Positions 19,119-29,322 of a DNA stretch of 64,000 nt are shown here, piece by piece. Under the pieces are notes generated by a model that saw nothing but the letters and a program-made list of their open reading frames with translations, had not been told where the DNA came from and did no database searches. Numbering within the stretch: the first letter of the stretch is position 1; each line of letters starts with the position of its first letter. The position numbers were made by a program, and so were the translations under genes. The stretch comes from an uncultured candidate division Zixibacteria bacterium (GTDB taxonomy: Bacteria; Zixibacteria; MSB-5A5; UBA10806), in assembly GCA_963817915.1 (NCBI GenBank), contig CAWFQL010000016.1:320001-384000 (forward strand), in the 5' to 3' direction.

Positions 19119-20828
19119 TCAAGGGCAATTACCTCTTAATGGCGCCTGTCCACCCTTAAAATAATTGACCAGATAAACAACATCGAGCCCGTTAGCCGCA
19201 CAGCTTCCATTGGCATCGGCTCTCAATATTGGCGGAGGGATCGGCTGTCCACCTCTGAAATAATTCACGAGATACGTAACATCCAATCCATTCACGGCAT
19301 TATCAGCGTTGGCATCGCCCGAATAAAAATCAGGAAGAACTCTCAATTGACTTTCGATCATAATGGGTAGAGATTGGAATGGCCTTAAATCCGAGCAAAT
19401 TGAAATACCATTATAAATCGCGGTCTGATTATCCGAGAAGTAATCAAGTTGCGCAATTGCCTCAACCGGCGCATCGGCCGATATCGCTATCGATAAACTG
19501 CCTATAAAATATCTGCCGGAGCGCAAATAGTCATAATAATCATGTGAATACGCATACATGACACAATCAAGCGAGAAACGATTTGAATCAATATTGACAA
19601 ATAATGGCCCGAGAAATTGTGGATTCTGCGTAAAATCAAGAATCTCGAAGTAATCGGATGTCAGACTGCAGGCCACCTGAAATCCTAATAGGGAATCAGC
19701 CATAGATAAATACAATTGAACTTCCAGGGTATCACCGGGATATCCATCTGCTGGAGTCATTATTAGAGAATCTTGGGATAAGCTCGGAGATAGATCGGGA
19801 AAGACTATGCCTTCTGATTTATTTATTATGTGAGTAATATCTCCAACCGCAAAAGACATGCCATCATGGTCGACATCACTATTTGCCATTACGCAGCTAT
19901 CAACAGGCACTCCGGCGCGGTCCTCCAGTATGGCTAGAACCAATTCGATATCAGACAGATCATACGGTATTTGATTACAATTTAAGTCGCCATCAAAAAA
20001 ATATCGATTATTATGGTAGTATTCAATTGCGTTAGTAATGTGATTTACGAATATCGGGCCAACGGTTTGATTGGCCAGGAGATTCGGATGTGAATCGCCC
20101 CCTGCGCCGCCATATGCCTCGCGAAGGCAGTTGTAATAAATCGATGTCGGGTCGTGTTCCATTAGATAATGTCTGAAATCAAAGACACATATGTTTAGAT
20201 GGGCCCAGCTATATTCCGGTGACATCAGCCAATCCGCGAAACGCTGAGCGCGGGCGGCATTCTCGGGAGTTGTGGCGCTTCTTACCAATGGCGGCGGAGT
20301 CATTGGAATGAAAATCTTTTCCGGATGGGCATCCATGATATTGCGAATAGCCAGATACCAATTCTGATAGTCAGTCAACATTTGTTCGCTCGAAATATCG
20401 CTTGCCGGAAAACAGGATTTAAAAATAATTACGTCATGAGTAACAGTATCCGCCCCCATCGGATGAGGCAGGAGAAATCTGCTCAAAGCATTGTCCGGCG
20501 GATTATGCACCGGCAGCATGAACAAATTATATAAACCAATCGGATCGGTATTATCGTTTGGAATATTATAGTTATTGTAATAGTTGCCGTTTTGGTCGTG
20601 CACACCATCGCCATTATACCCATGATCCCAGAATTCGAGATTCGCTCCGAACTGAGTGTTGTAGGCCGCAATCAGGCTTCGCACCGCGCCCTGATTAATG
20701 AGATTACCACCGGTAGAGTGATGTAAAAAAATAATATTAGAAAAATCTTCATCTTGAGCAAACAGTGGTATGCCATAGCAAAAAACTAAGATCATCAGCC
20801 AGCATGCTATTTTTTTCATTGAGACCAT
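19119..20828 (-). CDS. Secreted protein: putative SGNH-like N-terminal domain, cohesin-like segment and C-terminal dockerin-like domain
   Basis: IIFLHHSTG, FKSCF and DSHPN motifs; C-terminal GDANADNAVNGLDVTYLVNYF / ADANGSCAANGLDVVYLVNYF duplication. Confidence 0.7.
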   Translation of the reverse strand: MVSMKKIACWLMILVFCYGIPLFAQDEDFSNIIFLHHSTGGNLINQGAVRSLIAAYNTQFGANLEFWDHGYNGDGVHDQNGNYYNNYNIPNDNTDPIGLYNLFMLPVHNPPDNALSRFLLPHPMGADTVTHDVIIFKSCFPASDISSEQMLTDYQNWYLAIRNIMDAHPEKIFIPMTPPPLVRSATTPENAARAQRFADWLMSPEYSWAHLNICVFDFRHYLMEHDPTSIYYNCLREAYGGAGGDSHPNLLANQTVGPIFVNHITNAIEYYHNNRYFFDGDLNCNQIPYDLSDIELVLAILEDRAGVPVDSCVMANSDVDHDGMSFAVGDITHIINKSEGIVFPDLSPSLSQDSLIMTPADGYPGDTLEVQLYLSMADSLLGFQVACSLTSDYFEILDFTQNPQFLGPLFVNIDSNRFSLDCVMYAYSHDYYDYLRSGRYFIGSLSIAISADAPVEAIAQLDYFSDNQTAIYNGISICSDLRPFQSLPIMIESQLRVLPDFYSGDANADNAVNGLDVTYLVNYFRGGQPIPPPILRADANGSCAANGLDVVYLVNYFKGGQAPLRGNCP

Positions 20829-20941
20829 CCTTAAAATTAAAAGAAGTTCATCGGTAGGATTAATATATGAAAATATTGCATGATTGGCAATAGGTCATTC
20901 GCATCTAAATGCGTGCGAATCAATTCTGGACCGCTATAATT

Positions 20942-20962
20942 GGCGCAGGGGTTCGAGCCCCG
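20942..20962 (-). repeat. Degenerate copy of the tRNA-Met(51668) 3' end
   Basis: ggcgcaggggttcgagccccg versus ggcgcagggattcgaaccccg (19/21). Confidence 0.45.
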
Positions 20963-21050
20963 CTTCCCCCTTATTGAAAAGAGATCTAAGGCGCCCCTGA
21001 CAAATTTGCTTATTTTCAGAAAGTAGCCAATATTACTTTCAAAGCCGACA

Positions 21051-21099
21051 TTTATGAAGTTTTTACATTACTTCGTTGAAAATTTACAGATTTTTTACG
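21051..21099 (+). promoter_or_regulatory. Two putative KdpE-binding sites
   Basis: TTTAT-N6-TTTACA (21051-21067) and TTTAC-N6-TTTACG (21083-21099), same spacing as the E. coli kdp site TTTATACTTTTTTTACA. Confidence 0.65.
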
Positions 21100-21191
21100 G
21101 GATATATTAGTATATGTCTACGCAATGCGAAAATTGGATTGGGCATCACATCATGATCCTGGATGCCAGCGCATTAGCAAAGGATAATTGT

Positions 21192-21278
21192 ATGGATTTT
21201 ATAATCGCAGGAATAATTGCAATCGTGCTATTGGGCTATTTGGTTTATGTGATCATTAATTCTGATAAAATCGAATAG
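21192..21278 (+). CDS. kdpF: K+-transporting ATPase subunit F, 28 aa; not in the ORF track
   Basis: MDFIIAGIIAIVLLGYLVYVIINSDKIE resembles E. coli KdpF (LLGYLVYALIN); AAGGA upstream; 8 nt before kdpA. Confidence 0.9.
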   Translation: MDFIIAGIIAIVLLGYLVYVIINSDKIE

Positions 21279-21286
21279 GGGGCATA

Positions 21287-22975
21287 ATGCCGCCAAATGA
21301 TATTATTCAAGTCATAATATATATAGCCGCGTTAATAGCGCTGACTCCTATTCTCGGAGCGTACATTGCGCGAGTATTTACGGGCAAGAATCGCATCCTT
21401 CAGAGCATTTTCGGCTGGGCAGAAAAAGCAATTTATCGAGTCTGCGGGATTGATCCCTCTGAAGAAATGACCTGGAAACAATATGCAGGCGCATTAATAG
21501 CATTTAATGCGTTGGGCTTTCTTGCAGTCTTTTTTCTTCAGATTTTCCAACACGGGCTGCCGCTAAATCCGCAGCGCCTGGCGGATGTCTCCTGGCACTC
21601 ATCTTTCAATACCGCAATTAGCTTCATGACCAATACAAACTGGCAGGGATATGCCGGCGAGACAACCATGAGCTACCTGACCCAGATGCTTGGTCTATGT
21701 GTCCAAAATTTCCTGAGTGCCGCTACGGGCATAGCTGTTTTCATTGCGCTTACCAGAGGCATAATTCGCAAGACAACCACAGTCATCGGTAATTTCTGGA
21801 CAGATATTGTTAAATCCACCCTATATATACTATTGCCATTTTCAATTATTCTTGCGGTTGTATTGATTACTCAGGGCGTTGTGCAGACATTTTCTAATTA
21901 CAGTGAGATTACTACTATGGAAGGGGTCAAAGAGATTATCCCATTGGGCCCGGCGGCATCCCAGATTGCCATAAAGCAAATCGGCACCAACGGCGGAGGA
22001 TTTTTCAATGCCAACAGCGCCCATCCATTCGAAAACCCCACACCATTTTCAAATTTTTTGGAGATGCTTTCTATTCTCCTGATCCCTGCGGCTTTGACTT
22101 ATACATTTGGGAGGTTGACAAATAATAAACGACACGGCCAGATAATCTTCGCGGTCATGTTGATTATGTGGCTGGCCGGGCTTGGACTATCTCTCTACTC
22201 GGAATACAGAGGCAACCCGACTTATGGCGGAATATCGTTGGAGGGAAAGGAAACTCGTTTCGGCGTAGCCAATAGCGTCATCTGGTCGACAGCCACGACA
22301 GTGGCCTCTAACGGTTCTGTCAATGCCATGCACGACAGCCTTACTCCTATCGCGGGCGGTGTTGCCATATTTAATATCATGCTTGGGGAAATAATATTTG
22401 GCGGTGTGGGAGCGGGAATGTATGGCATGCTTCTGTTTATTTTATTGACTGTATTTTTGGCCGGACTGATGGTCGGGAGAACCCCTGAATATCTCGGTAA
22501 GAAAATTGAAGCCAAAGAAATGCAAATGGTGATATTGGCTATTTTGGCTCCTTGCGCCGTTATCTTGATTGGATCGGGAATTGCGGCAGTTATTCCAGTA
22601 GGATTAACCAGCCTGGCGAATAATGGGCCTCATGGGTTAAGTGAGATTCTCTATGCCTTCTCGTCGGCCGCCGGCAATAACGGCAGTGCTTTTGCCGGAC
22701 TAAATGCTAATACCGTTTTTTATAATTTGACACTGGGACTTGCCATGTTAATCGGCCGTTTCGCGGTAATTATTCCAGTCTTAGTGATCGCCGGAAGCCT
22801 GGCCTTGAAAAAGGATACTCCGGTATCGGCGGGTACATTCACCACCGATAATGCCATTTTTGCAGTTCTTCTGATCTCGGTGATTTTGATAGTCGGGGCA
22901 TTGACATTTTTCCCGTCGTTGACGTTGGGTCCGATAATTGAGCAATTCCTGATGAATTCAGGAAGATTGTTTTAG
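21287..22975 (+). CDS. kdpA: K+-transporting ATPase subunit A
   Basis: [20 protein letters not shown] and NNGSAF selectivity-filter motifs. Confidence 0.97.
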   Translation: MPPNDIIQVIIYIAALIALTPILGAYIARVFTGKNRILQSIFGWAEKAIYRVCGIDPSEEMTWKQYAGALIAFNALGFLAVFFLQIFQHGLPLNPQRLADVSWHSSFNTAISFMTNTNWQGYAGETTMSYLTQMLGLCVQNFLSAATGIAVFIALTRGIIRKTTTVIGNFWTDIVKSTLYILLPFSIILAVVLITQGVVQTFSNYSEITTMEGVKEIIPLGPAASQIAIKQIGTNGGGFFNANSAHPFENPTPFSNFLEMLSILLIPAALTYTFGRLTNNKRHGQIIFAVMLIMWLAGLGLSLYSEYRGNPTYGGISLEGKETRFGVANSVIWSTATTVASNGSVNAMHDSLTPIAGGVAIFNIMLGEIIFGGVGAGMYGMLLFILLTVFLAGLMVGRTPEYLGKKIEAKEMQMVILAILAPCAVILIGSGIAAVIPVGLTSLANNGPHGLSEILYAFSSAAGNNGSAFAGLNANTVFYNLTLGLAMLIGRFAVIIPVLVIAGSLALKKDTPVSAGTFTTDNAIFAVLLISVILIVGALTFFPSLTLGPIIEQFLMNSGRLF

Positions 22976-22983
22976 GTGATGTC

Positions 22984-25080
22984 ATGTCGGCAAAATCATT
23001 AAATATCTTTGGGACCGGCCTCCTCAAAAGCTCAATTGCAGGCGCCTTCAAAAAGCTATCTCCGCGAGAGGAAATCAGAAACCCGGTAATGTTTGTAACA
23101 TGGGTTGGGGCAATCATGACGACGATTATATTCACATTTAAGCTTATTGGGGGGATCTTTTCCGGGTTTGAATTACAGATTACTCTTTGGCTTTGGTTTA
23201 CCGTATTATTTGCCAATTTCGCCGAGGCGACTGCGGAGGGCCAGGGAAAAGCAATGGCCGAAAGCCTTAGACGTTCGCGAGTGGAAGTACATGCCCGGCT
23301 CTATAAGAATGGAGTCGAATCGAAAATCCCGGCCTCAGCTTTAAAAAAAGGTGAAATCGTTATCTGCGAATCAGGCGATATAATTCCTGCGGATGGAGAG
23401 ATAATCGAAGGAATTGCCAGCGTAGATGAATCGGCTATCACCGGCGAATCCGCGCCAGTAATCCGGGAAAGCGGCGGCGATAGAAGCGCGGTTACAGGCG
23501 GAACAAGAGTCATCAGCGACCGAATAATAATTCGCGTTACCTCTACTCCGGGAAATTCATTTATCGATCGCATCATTGCAATGATTGAGGGGGCTCGAAG
23601 GCAAAAGACACCGAATGAAATCGCTCTGAATATTGTCTTAGCCGGAATGACTATCATATTTCTTTTAGCTGTATCCACGCTCAAATTCTTTGCAGATTAC
23701 AGCAGTAATGTAAGCGGTCAGGACTTGTCAAATATTGTTACCGTTCCAGTATTGATTGCGCTTTTGGTATGCCTGATTCCCACAACTATCGGCGGTCTTT
23801 TGAGCGCTATAGGGATTGCGGGCATGGGACGTTTGATTCGTCAAAATGTAATTGCCAGGAGTGGCAGGGCTATCGAAGCCGCCGGCGATATCGATATCTT
23901 ATTGCTTGATAAAACTGGCACGATAACTTTCGGGAATCGAATGGCTGTGGAGTTTATTCCGGCGCCAATGATATCAGTCCAGCATTTGGCCGAGGCGGCT
24001 CAGTTGGCATCATTGGCAGATGAAACTCCCGAAGGACGATCTATAGTTGTACTTGCCAAAGAGAAATATGGTATGCGTGCTCAAAAACTGACACCGAGTC
24101 AGGCTCGGTTTATCCAATTTTCGGCTCAGTCAAGGATGAGCGGTATCGATGTTCTCGACAATGACGGAAGCGTATCACTCTCAATCAGAAAAGGCGCCGT
24201 TGACGCAATAGCCAAGTATGTTGGCGGCAACAGCAACAACTTCCCGGCGCAGCTTCAAGAGTCTGTCGCGCGAATTTCGAATTCCGGCGGCACACCCTTA
24301 GCAGTGGCCGATGAGAAACATTATCTGGGTATAATTCATTTAAAAGATGTAGTTAAGGGCGGCATCAAAGAACGATTCGCGCAACTTCGAAATATGGGCA
24401 TAAAAACCATCATGATAACTGGCGACAACTCCATGACCGCGGCTGCAATTGCAGCGGAGGCAGGCGTCGATGATTTCATCGCCCAGGCAACTCCGGAATC
24501 TAAGCTCGAGCGAATCAGATTAGAGCAAACTGCCGGTCATCTCGTGGCAATGACAGGTGACGGCACTAATGACGCACCGGCGTTGGCTCAGGCAGATGTC
24601 GCTGTAGCCATGAACACCGGCACCCAGGCGGCGCGCGAGGCGGGCAATATGGTTGATCTCGACAGCAACCCGACTAAACTGATTCAGATTGTTGAAATAG
24701 GAAAACAGCTTCTAATGACAAGGGGGGCGTTGACCACTTTCAGTATTGCCAACGACGTGGCCAAATATTTTGCTATTATTCCTGCTATTTTCGGGACACT
24801 TTATGCCGCATCGGGTAACTCCATCGGACCCCTTTCCGCATTGAACTTAATGAGATTGCATTCGCCTCAAAGCGCGATATTAAGCGCGATTATATTTAAC
24901 GCTCTAATTATAGTCGCCTTAATCCCATTGGCGCTTCGCGGCGTTAATTATAGAGCTCAAAATGCGTCCGCCCTCCTGCGAAAGAACTTATTGCTATACG
25001 GCGTCGGCGGGTTAATTGCACCGTTTGCCGGAATCAAGCTGCTCGATCTTTTTATCGTCGCGATTGGATTGGTAAGGTGA
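22984..25080 (+). CDS. kdpB: K+-transporting P-type ATPase subunit B
   Basis: [18 protein letters not shown] and GDGTND motifs. Confidence 0.97.
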   Translation: MSAKSLNIFGTGLLKSSIAGAFKKLSPREEIRNPVMFVTWVGAIMTTIIFTFKLIGGIFSGFELQITLWLWFTVLFANFAEATAEGQGKAMAESLRRSRVEVHARLYKNGVESKIPASALKKGEIVICESGDIIPADGEIIEGIASVDESAITGESAPVIRESGGDRSAVTGGTRVISDRIIIRVTSTPGNSFIDRIIAMIEGARRQKTPNEIALNIVLAGMTIIFLLAVSTLKFFADYSSNVSGQDLSNIVTVPVLIALLVCLIPTTIGGLLSAIGIAGMGRLIRQNVIARSGRAIEAAGDIDILLLDKTGTITFGNRMAVEFIPAPMISVQHLAEAAQLASLADETPEGRSIVVLAKEKYGMRAQKLTPSQARFIQFSAQSRMSGIDVLDNDGSVSLSIRKGAVDAIAKYVGGNSNNFPAQLQESVARISNSGGTPLAVADEKHYLGIIHLKDVVKGGIKERFAQLRNMGIKTIMITGDNSMTAAAIAAEAGVDDFIAQATPESKLERIRLEQTAGHLVAMTGDGTNDAPALAQADVAVAMNTGTQAAREAGNMVDLDSNPTKLIQIVEIGKQLLMTRGALTTFSIANDVAKYFAIIPAIFGTLYAASGNSIGPLSALNLMRLHSPQSAILSAIIFNALIIVALIPLALRGVNYRAQNASALLRKNLLLYGVGGLIAPFAGIKLLDLFIVAIGLVR

Positions 25081-25667
25081 TATTCATGAAAATTATCAAA
25101 CAGGTATTAAAACTATTCTTGATTTTAACGGTCTTGACTGGAGCTATATACCCGCTCTTAATTTCATTTATTGGTCAGACTATCTTTCCAATTCAAGCAA
25201 ATGGCAGCTTGATAAGCGTCAACGGCAGAATTATCGGATCTAAACTCCTGGGACAAAAATTCACCGAGAATAAATATTTCTGGCCTCGGCCATCCGCGGT
25301 CGACTACAATCCATTGCCATCGGGAGGATCTAATTTGGGGATGACAAGTCGTGCGCTTGCGGATTCGGTATTGGCGCGAAAAGCGGCTTTGAGAAATTCA
25401 AACTCCGGAACCGGCCAAGTACCTTCTGACCTTTTATTCTCGTCGGGGAGCGGGCTTGATCCTGATATTTCGCCTGCAGCCGCCAAATTCCAAATCGATC
25501 GAGTCGCGCATGCGCGCGGACTTGACAATAACGAGAAAATGAAGCTAATTAATATTGTCGATAAACATATCGAGCGGCCGGATTTTGGTATTTTAGGAGT
25601 TCCTCGGATAAACGTCCTCAAGCTCAATCTGGCGCTTGATTCGACTTTCGCAGCGAATAGCCAATGA
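25077..25667 (+). CDS. kdpC: K+-transporting ATPase subunit C
   Basis: [22 protein letters not shown] and [10 protein letters not shown] motifs. Confidence 0.96.
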   Translation: MIFMKIIKQVLKLFLILTVLTGAIYPLLISFIGQTIFPIQANGSLISVNGRIIGSKLLGQKFTENKYFWPRPSAVDYNPLPSGGSNLGMTSRALADSVLARKAALRNSNSGTGQVPSDLLFSSGSGLDPDISPAAAKFQIDRVAHARGLDNNEKMKLINIVDKHIERPDFGILGVPRINVLKLNLALDSTFAANSQ

Positions 25668-28354
25668 GAGACGATATTAGGCCAAATCCCGACGCCTTGC
25701 TTAAGGCGCTTCAAAAAACCGATCGTGCGGACAAAAAAGGGAAACTTAGTATCTTTTTTGGAATGGCCGCCGGGTCTGGAAAAACATATGCAATGCTGGA
25801 GGCGGCGCAAAGTCGACTCAAGGATGGCATAGATGTTATTATAGGTATAGTAGAGACTCATGGTCGAGTTGAAACCGAAGCGCTCTTGAATGGCTTGCCA
25901 TCGATTCCCAGAAGAAAATTCCCCTATCATAACACGATGCTTGAAGAATTTGATATAGATGCCACACTTTCTCGCCATCCGTCATTAGTATTGGTCGATG
26001 AACTCGCGCATACTAATATCCCCGGCTCCCGGCACGCCAAACGTTGGCAGGATGTAATCGAATTACTCGATGCCGGTATCGATGTCTATTCAACTCTCAA
26101 TGTGCAACATATCGAAAGCCGGAAAGAAAATATCGAATCGATTACCGGAATTGCTATCCACGAAATGGTCCCCGATTCACTTCTGGAGCGTGCGGCACAG
26201 ATTGAACTTATCGATATTACTCCGGCAGATCTTCTAAAGCGGCTTCAAGAAGGCAAAGTATACCTGGGCGATATGGCTGGCCGGGCTATCGACAATTTTT
26301 TCAAAGAAGACATACTATCCGCACTTAGAGAAATTGTTCTTCGACTAACAGCGGAAAAAGTCGAGAATGATCTTCAAGTATTGTTGACTCTAAGAGGAAT
26401 GGCCGCCGGCTGGAAATCAACCGAGCGTCTAATGGTAGCGGTCAGCCATAGTCCTTATTCCGAGGGATTAATCAGGGCTACACGGAGACTTGCATATGCA
26501 CTGGAAGCCCCGTGGATTGCTGTATATGTAGATACCGGAGCTACTCTAAATTCCGAGGATAAGATTCAGCTTTCCAAAAACCTGGCCTTAGCGGAGGAGC
26601 TGGGAGGTGAAAATATTTTGACAGCTGGCCCCGATGTCGCGGATGCATTAAAAAGAATCGCCAGGCAAAGAAATGTAACCCAAGTAATATTCGGAAGGCC
26701 TGTCCGTAGATGGTTTAGAGATATATTTGGAGGCGGGACTCCTTTGGAAAAATTGGTCAGAGAAAGCGGGCAATTTGATGTCCTTGTTTTGAGGCAGGAT
26801 CGGCCGCGGGATCGCGCCGATCATCGAATCCATTGGCCCACGTTGGAATCCGGCTTGTTATCATATTGGTATATTTTATGGTTTTTAGGGGCAGTATCGT
26901 TGGTAAACTATTTTTTGAATCCGATTATAGGATATCGTGCAACCGGGTTTATATTTCTTTTGTCTATTCTATTCATCAGCTTATTCGTATCACTCGGGCC
27001 GATATTATTCGCGGCGATATTGAGTTCATTGATCTGGGATTTTTTCTTCATCCCACCCGTAGGCACTTTTACCATAAGACAGCCCGAGGACGTTATCATG
27101 GGACTGGCTTATTTTGTAGCTGCCGTGGTTACGGGGATATTGACTCATAGAATTCGCAGGCGCGAAACATTGCTGCTTCATAGCGAGGAACGCACTTCCA
27201 CTCTTTATGAAATCGTTAAATCGATAGCGGCTACAGGTGATAAAAAACAGTTCATCGATATTGCGACCGGTCGGCTTGGCATAGCATTAAATGGGGAATT
27301 TAAAGTGCTGTTGAGCGACTCCAATAAAACATTGCGCCCATTAGGAACCCCGGAAGATTGGAAAGGAATTTCAGATCATGAAATGGCCGTCGCAAAATAT
27401 GTATTTGAGAATAAAAAACCTGGTGGATGGTCTACGGATACGCTTCCTTCGGCAGACGCTTTATACCTGCCTCTGATAGGTACATCGGATATTGTGGGAG
27501 TGCTGATTTTCAATCCAAAATCGAGAACGAGGCTGGTGCCCGAAGATATGGAATTCCTGCTTACGGTTACGCGGCAACTGGCAATAGGAATTGAGCGCGA
27601 AATTCTCAATGAAAAATCAAGGCAGGCGGGACAATTGCAGGAATCGGAACGGTTGCACCAGACTATTCTTGATTCAATATCGCATGAAATTCGCACTCCA
27701 CTAACCGCTATTATTGGAGCATCCTCTGCTCTTCAAGATAACAAAATAGCTGAAAATATCGAGACCAGGAATGAATTGACGAGAGAGCTAATCGATGCTT
27801 CCGAAAGGTTGAACATTGTCGTGGAAAATCTACTGGATACTTCTCGTCTCAATTCCGGAATGCTCAAACTTAAATTGGAATGGTGCGACCCCAAGGATAT
27901 CATTTCGGTGACGTTGGAATCATTGAGTAAAGTATTAGAAAACCACAAAATTGAAGTGTCTATGCCCGAAACACTCCCCTTGTTATTTGTCGATTTCCAT
28001 CTAATAGAGCAGGTTCTATCAAACCTTATCCGAAATGCCATCATTGCTACGCCAACCGGCAAAAGAATCAAAATTGAAATCAAATCAAACACAGAATCCT
28101 TTGAGATTATCGTCTCCGATTCCGGGCCTGGCGTACCCGACGACGCCATCAAGAATATTTTCAAGCGGTTTTATAGAGTTGTAGGCACGCGGGCGGGGGG
28201 AATGGGCCTTGGTCTTTGGCTGGCTGATAATATTATTGAATTACATGGTGGCAAAATATCGGCGCACAATCGGCCGGGTGGTGGTGCGGATTTTGTTGTT
28301 CGGCTTCCGTTAAGCCCGCAACCGCAAATTCCACCCGAGGCGGACAATGGCTAA
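25664..28354 (+). CDS. kdpD: Sensor histidine kinase KdpD
   Basis: GMAAGSGKTYAML, VDELAHTN, Usp domain, TM bundle, ISHEIRTPL and GMGLGL. Confidence 0.96.
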   Translation: MRDDIRPNPDALLKALQKTDRADKKGKLSIFFGMAAGSGKTYAMLEAAQSRLKDGIDVIIGIVETHGRVETEALLNGLPSIPRRKFPYHNTMLEEFDIDATLSRHPSLVLVDELAHTNIPGSRHAKRWQDVIELLDAGIDVYSTLNVQHIESRKENIESITGIAIHEMVPDSLLERAAQIELIDITPADLLKRLQEGKVYLGDMAGRAIDNFFKEDILSALREIVLRLTAEKVENDLQVLLTLRGMAAGWKSTERLMVAVSHSPYSEGLIRATRRLAYALEAPWIAVYVDTGATLNSEDKIQLSKNLALAEELGGENILTAGPDVADALKRIARQRNVTQVIFGRPVRRWFRDIFGGGTPLEKLVRESGQFDVLVLRQDRPRDRADHRIHWPTLESGLLSYWYILWFLGAVSLVNYFLNPIIGYRATGFIFLLSILFISLFVSLGPILFAAILSSLIWDFFFIPPVGTFTIRQPEDVIMGLAYFVAAVVTGILTHRIRRRETLLLHSEERTSTLYEIVKSIAATGDKKQFIDIATGRLGIALNGEFKVLLSDSNKTLRPLGTPEDWKGISDHEMAVAKYVFENKKPGGWSTDTLPSADALYLPLIGTSDIVGVLIFNPKSRTRLVPEDMEFLLTVTRQLAIGIEREILNEKSRQAGQLQESERLHQTILDSISHEIRTPLTAIIGASSALQDNKIAENIETRNELTRELIDASERLNIVVENLLDTSRLNSGMLKLKLEWCDPKDIISVTLESLSKVLENHKIEVSMPETLPLLFVDFHLIEQVLSNLIRNAIIATPTGKRIKIEIKSNTESFEIIVSDSGPGVPDDAIKNIFKRFYRVVGTRAGGMGLGLWLADNIIELHGGKISAHNRPGGGADFVVRLPLSPQPQIPPEADNG

Positions 28355-29024
28355 AATACTTATTATAGATGACGAGGCAGCCATCAGGCGACTGCTCAAT
28401 GTAAGCCTGAAGTCACAGGGTTATATTATTGTCGAAGCAGCAAGCGGGAAGCAAGGGATTGAACAGGCGGCAATGGCTCACCCTGATATTATTATTTTAG
28501 ACCTTGGTTTACCTGATATTGATGGCATTAAAGTGCTGAAATCTATTCGGGAGTGGAGCCATGTTCCGATAATTATCCTGACGGTCAGGGATTCTGAGGT
28601 CGATAAGGTATCATTACTCGATGCCGGCGCCAACGATTATATCACCAAACCATTTGGTGTCCCTGAGCTTCTGGCACGAATCCGGGTGGCATTGAGATCA
28701 TCCCAAATCGCGGATGATGAATCGATATTTAAATTCGGTCCTTTAGAAATCAACTTTGCCGCACATTTAGTGAAAGTAAATGGCGAAATAATCAGGTTGA
28801 CAGATACTGAATACCGCCTGCTCAGTCTTTTAGCCAAAAACGCGGGCAAGCTTCTGACACAAAGACAGTTGCTCAAAGAAGTTTGGGGAATCTCCGCCAT
28901 CGAGCATACTCATTACTTGCGTATTTATATCGCCCAGATTCGCCACAAAATTGAGGAAGACCCATCGCGTCCTCAGATGATAATCACTGAGCCGGGAGTT
29001 GGATATAGAATGAATGCCGATTGA
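28347..29024 (+). CDS. kdpE: Response regulator KdpE
   Basis: Receiver domain (DLGLPD, KPF) and OmpR-type HTH (TEPGVGYR); operon context. Confidence 0.95.
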   Translation: MAKILIIDDEAAIRRLLNVSLKSQGYIIVEAASGKQGIEQAAMAHPDIIILDLGLPDIDGIKVLKSIREWSHVPIIILTVRDSEVDKVSLLDAGANDYITKPFGVPELLARIRVALRSSQIADDESIFKFGPLEINFAAHLVKVNGEIIRLTDTEYRLLSLLAKNAGKLLTQRQLLKEVWGISAIEHTHYLRIYIAQIRHKIEEDPSRPQMIITEPGVGYRMNAD

Positions 29025-29065
29025 CAGTTATTGTTCTATAAAGGCAATATAGTTATAATCACAGC

Positions 29066-29092
29066 GCGTCCCCAAGGTGATTCGAACCCCGG
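29066..29092 (-). repeat. tRNA 3'-end-like fragment (T-arm plus acceptor 3' strand)
   Basis: gcgtccccaaggtgattcgaaccccgg; 14 nt (gattcgaaccccgg) are identical to the tRNA at 51680-51693. Confidence 0.4.
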
Positions 29093-29160
29093 GGACTTAT
29101 ACTTTATGCTAATAAGTTACTCGACATGTAATAAATTTGTCTTAAAGCAAAATAATTAAT

Positions 29161-29186
29161 AATGGGCGACCCTGAGGCCGCCCATT
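29161..29186. terminator. Hairpin between convergent genes, possible terminator
   Basis: AATGGGCG...CGCCCATT. Confidence 0.45.
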
Positions 29187-29322
29187 GAATGAATCGAAGA
29201 GCGCGATTGATGCTACACCTCTCGGAGCTAAGCCGCCATGAAAATTGAGCTGGCCGCTACCCAAATCGAAAATGCAATCAATCGAGGATTCATCTTGTTT
29301 TTTCCTCTTTTATCTCTAGTAC

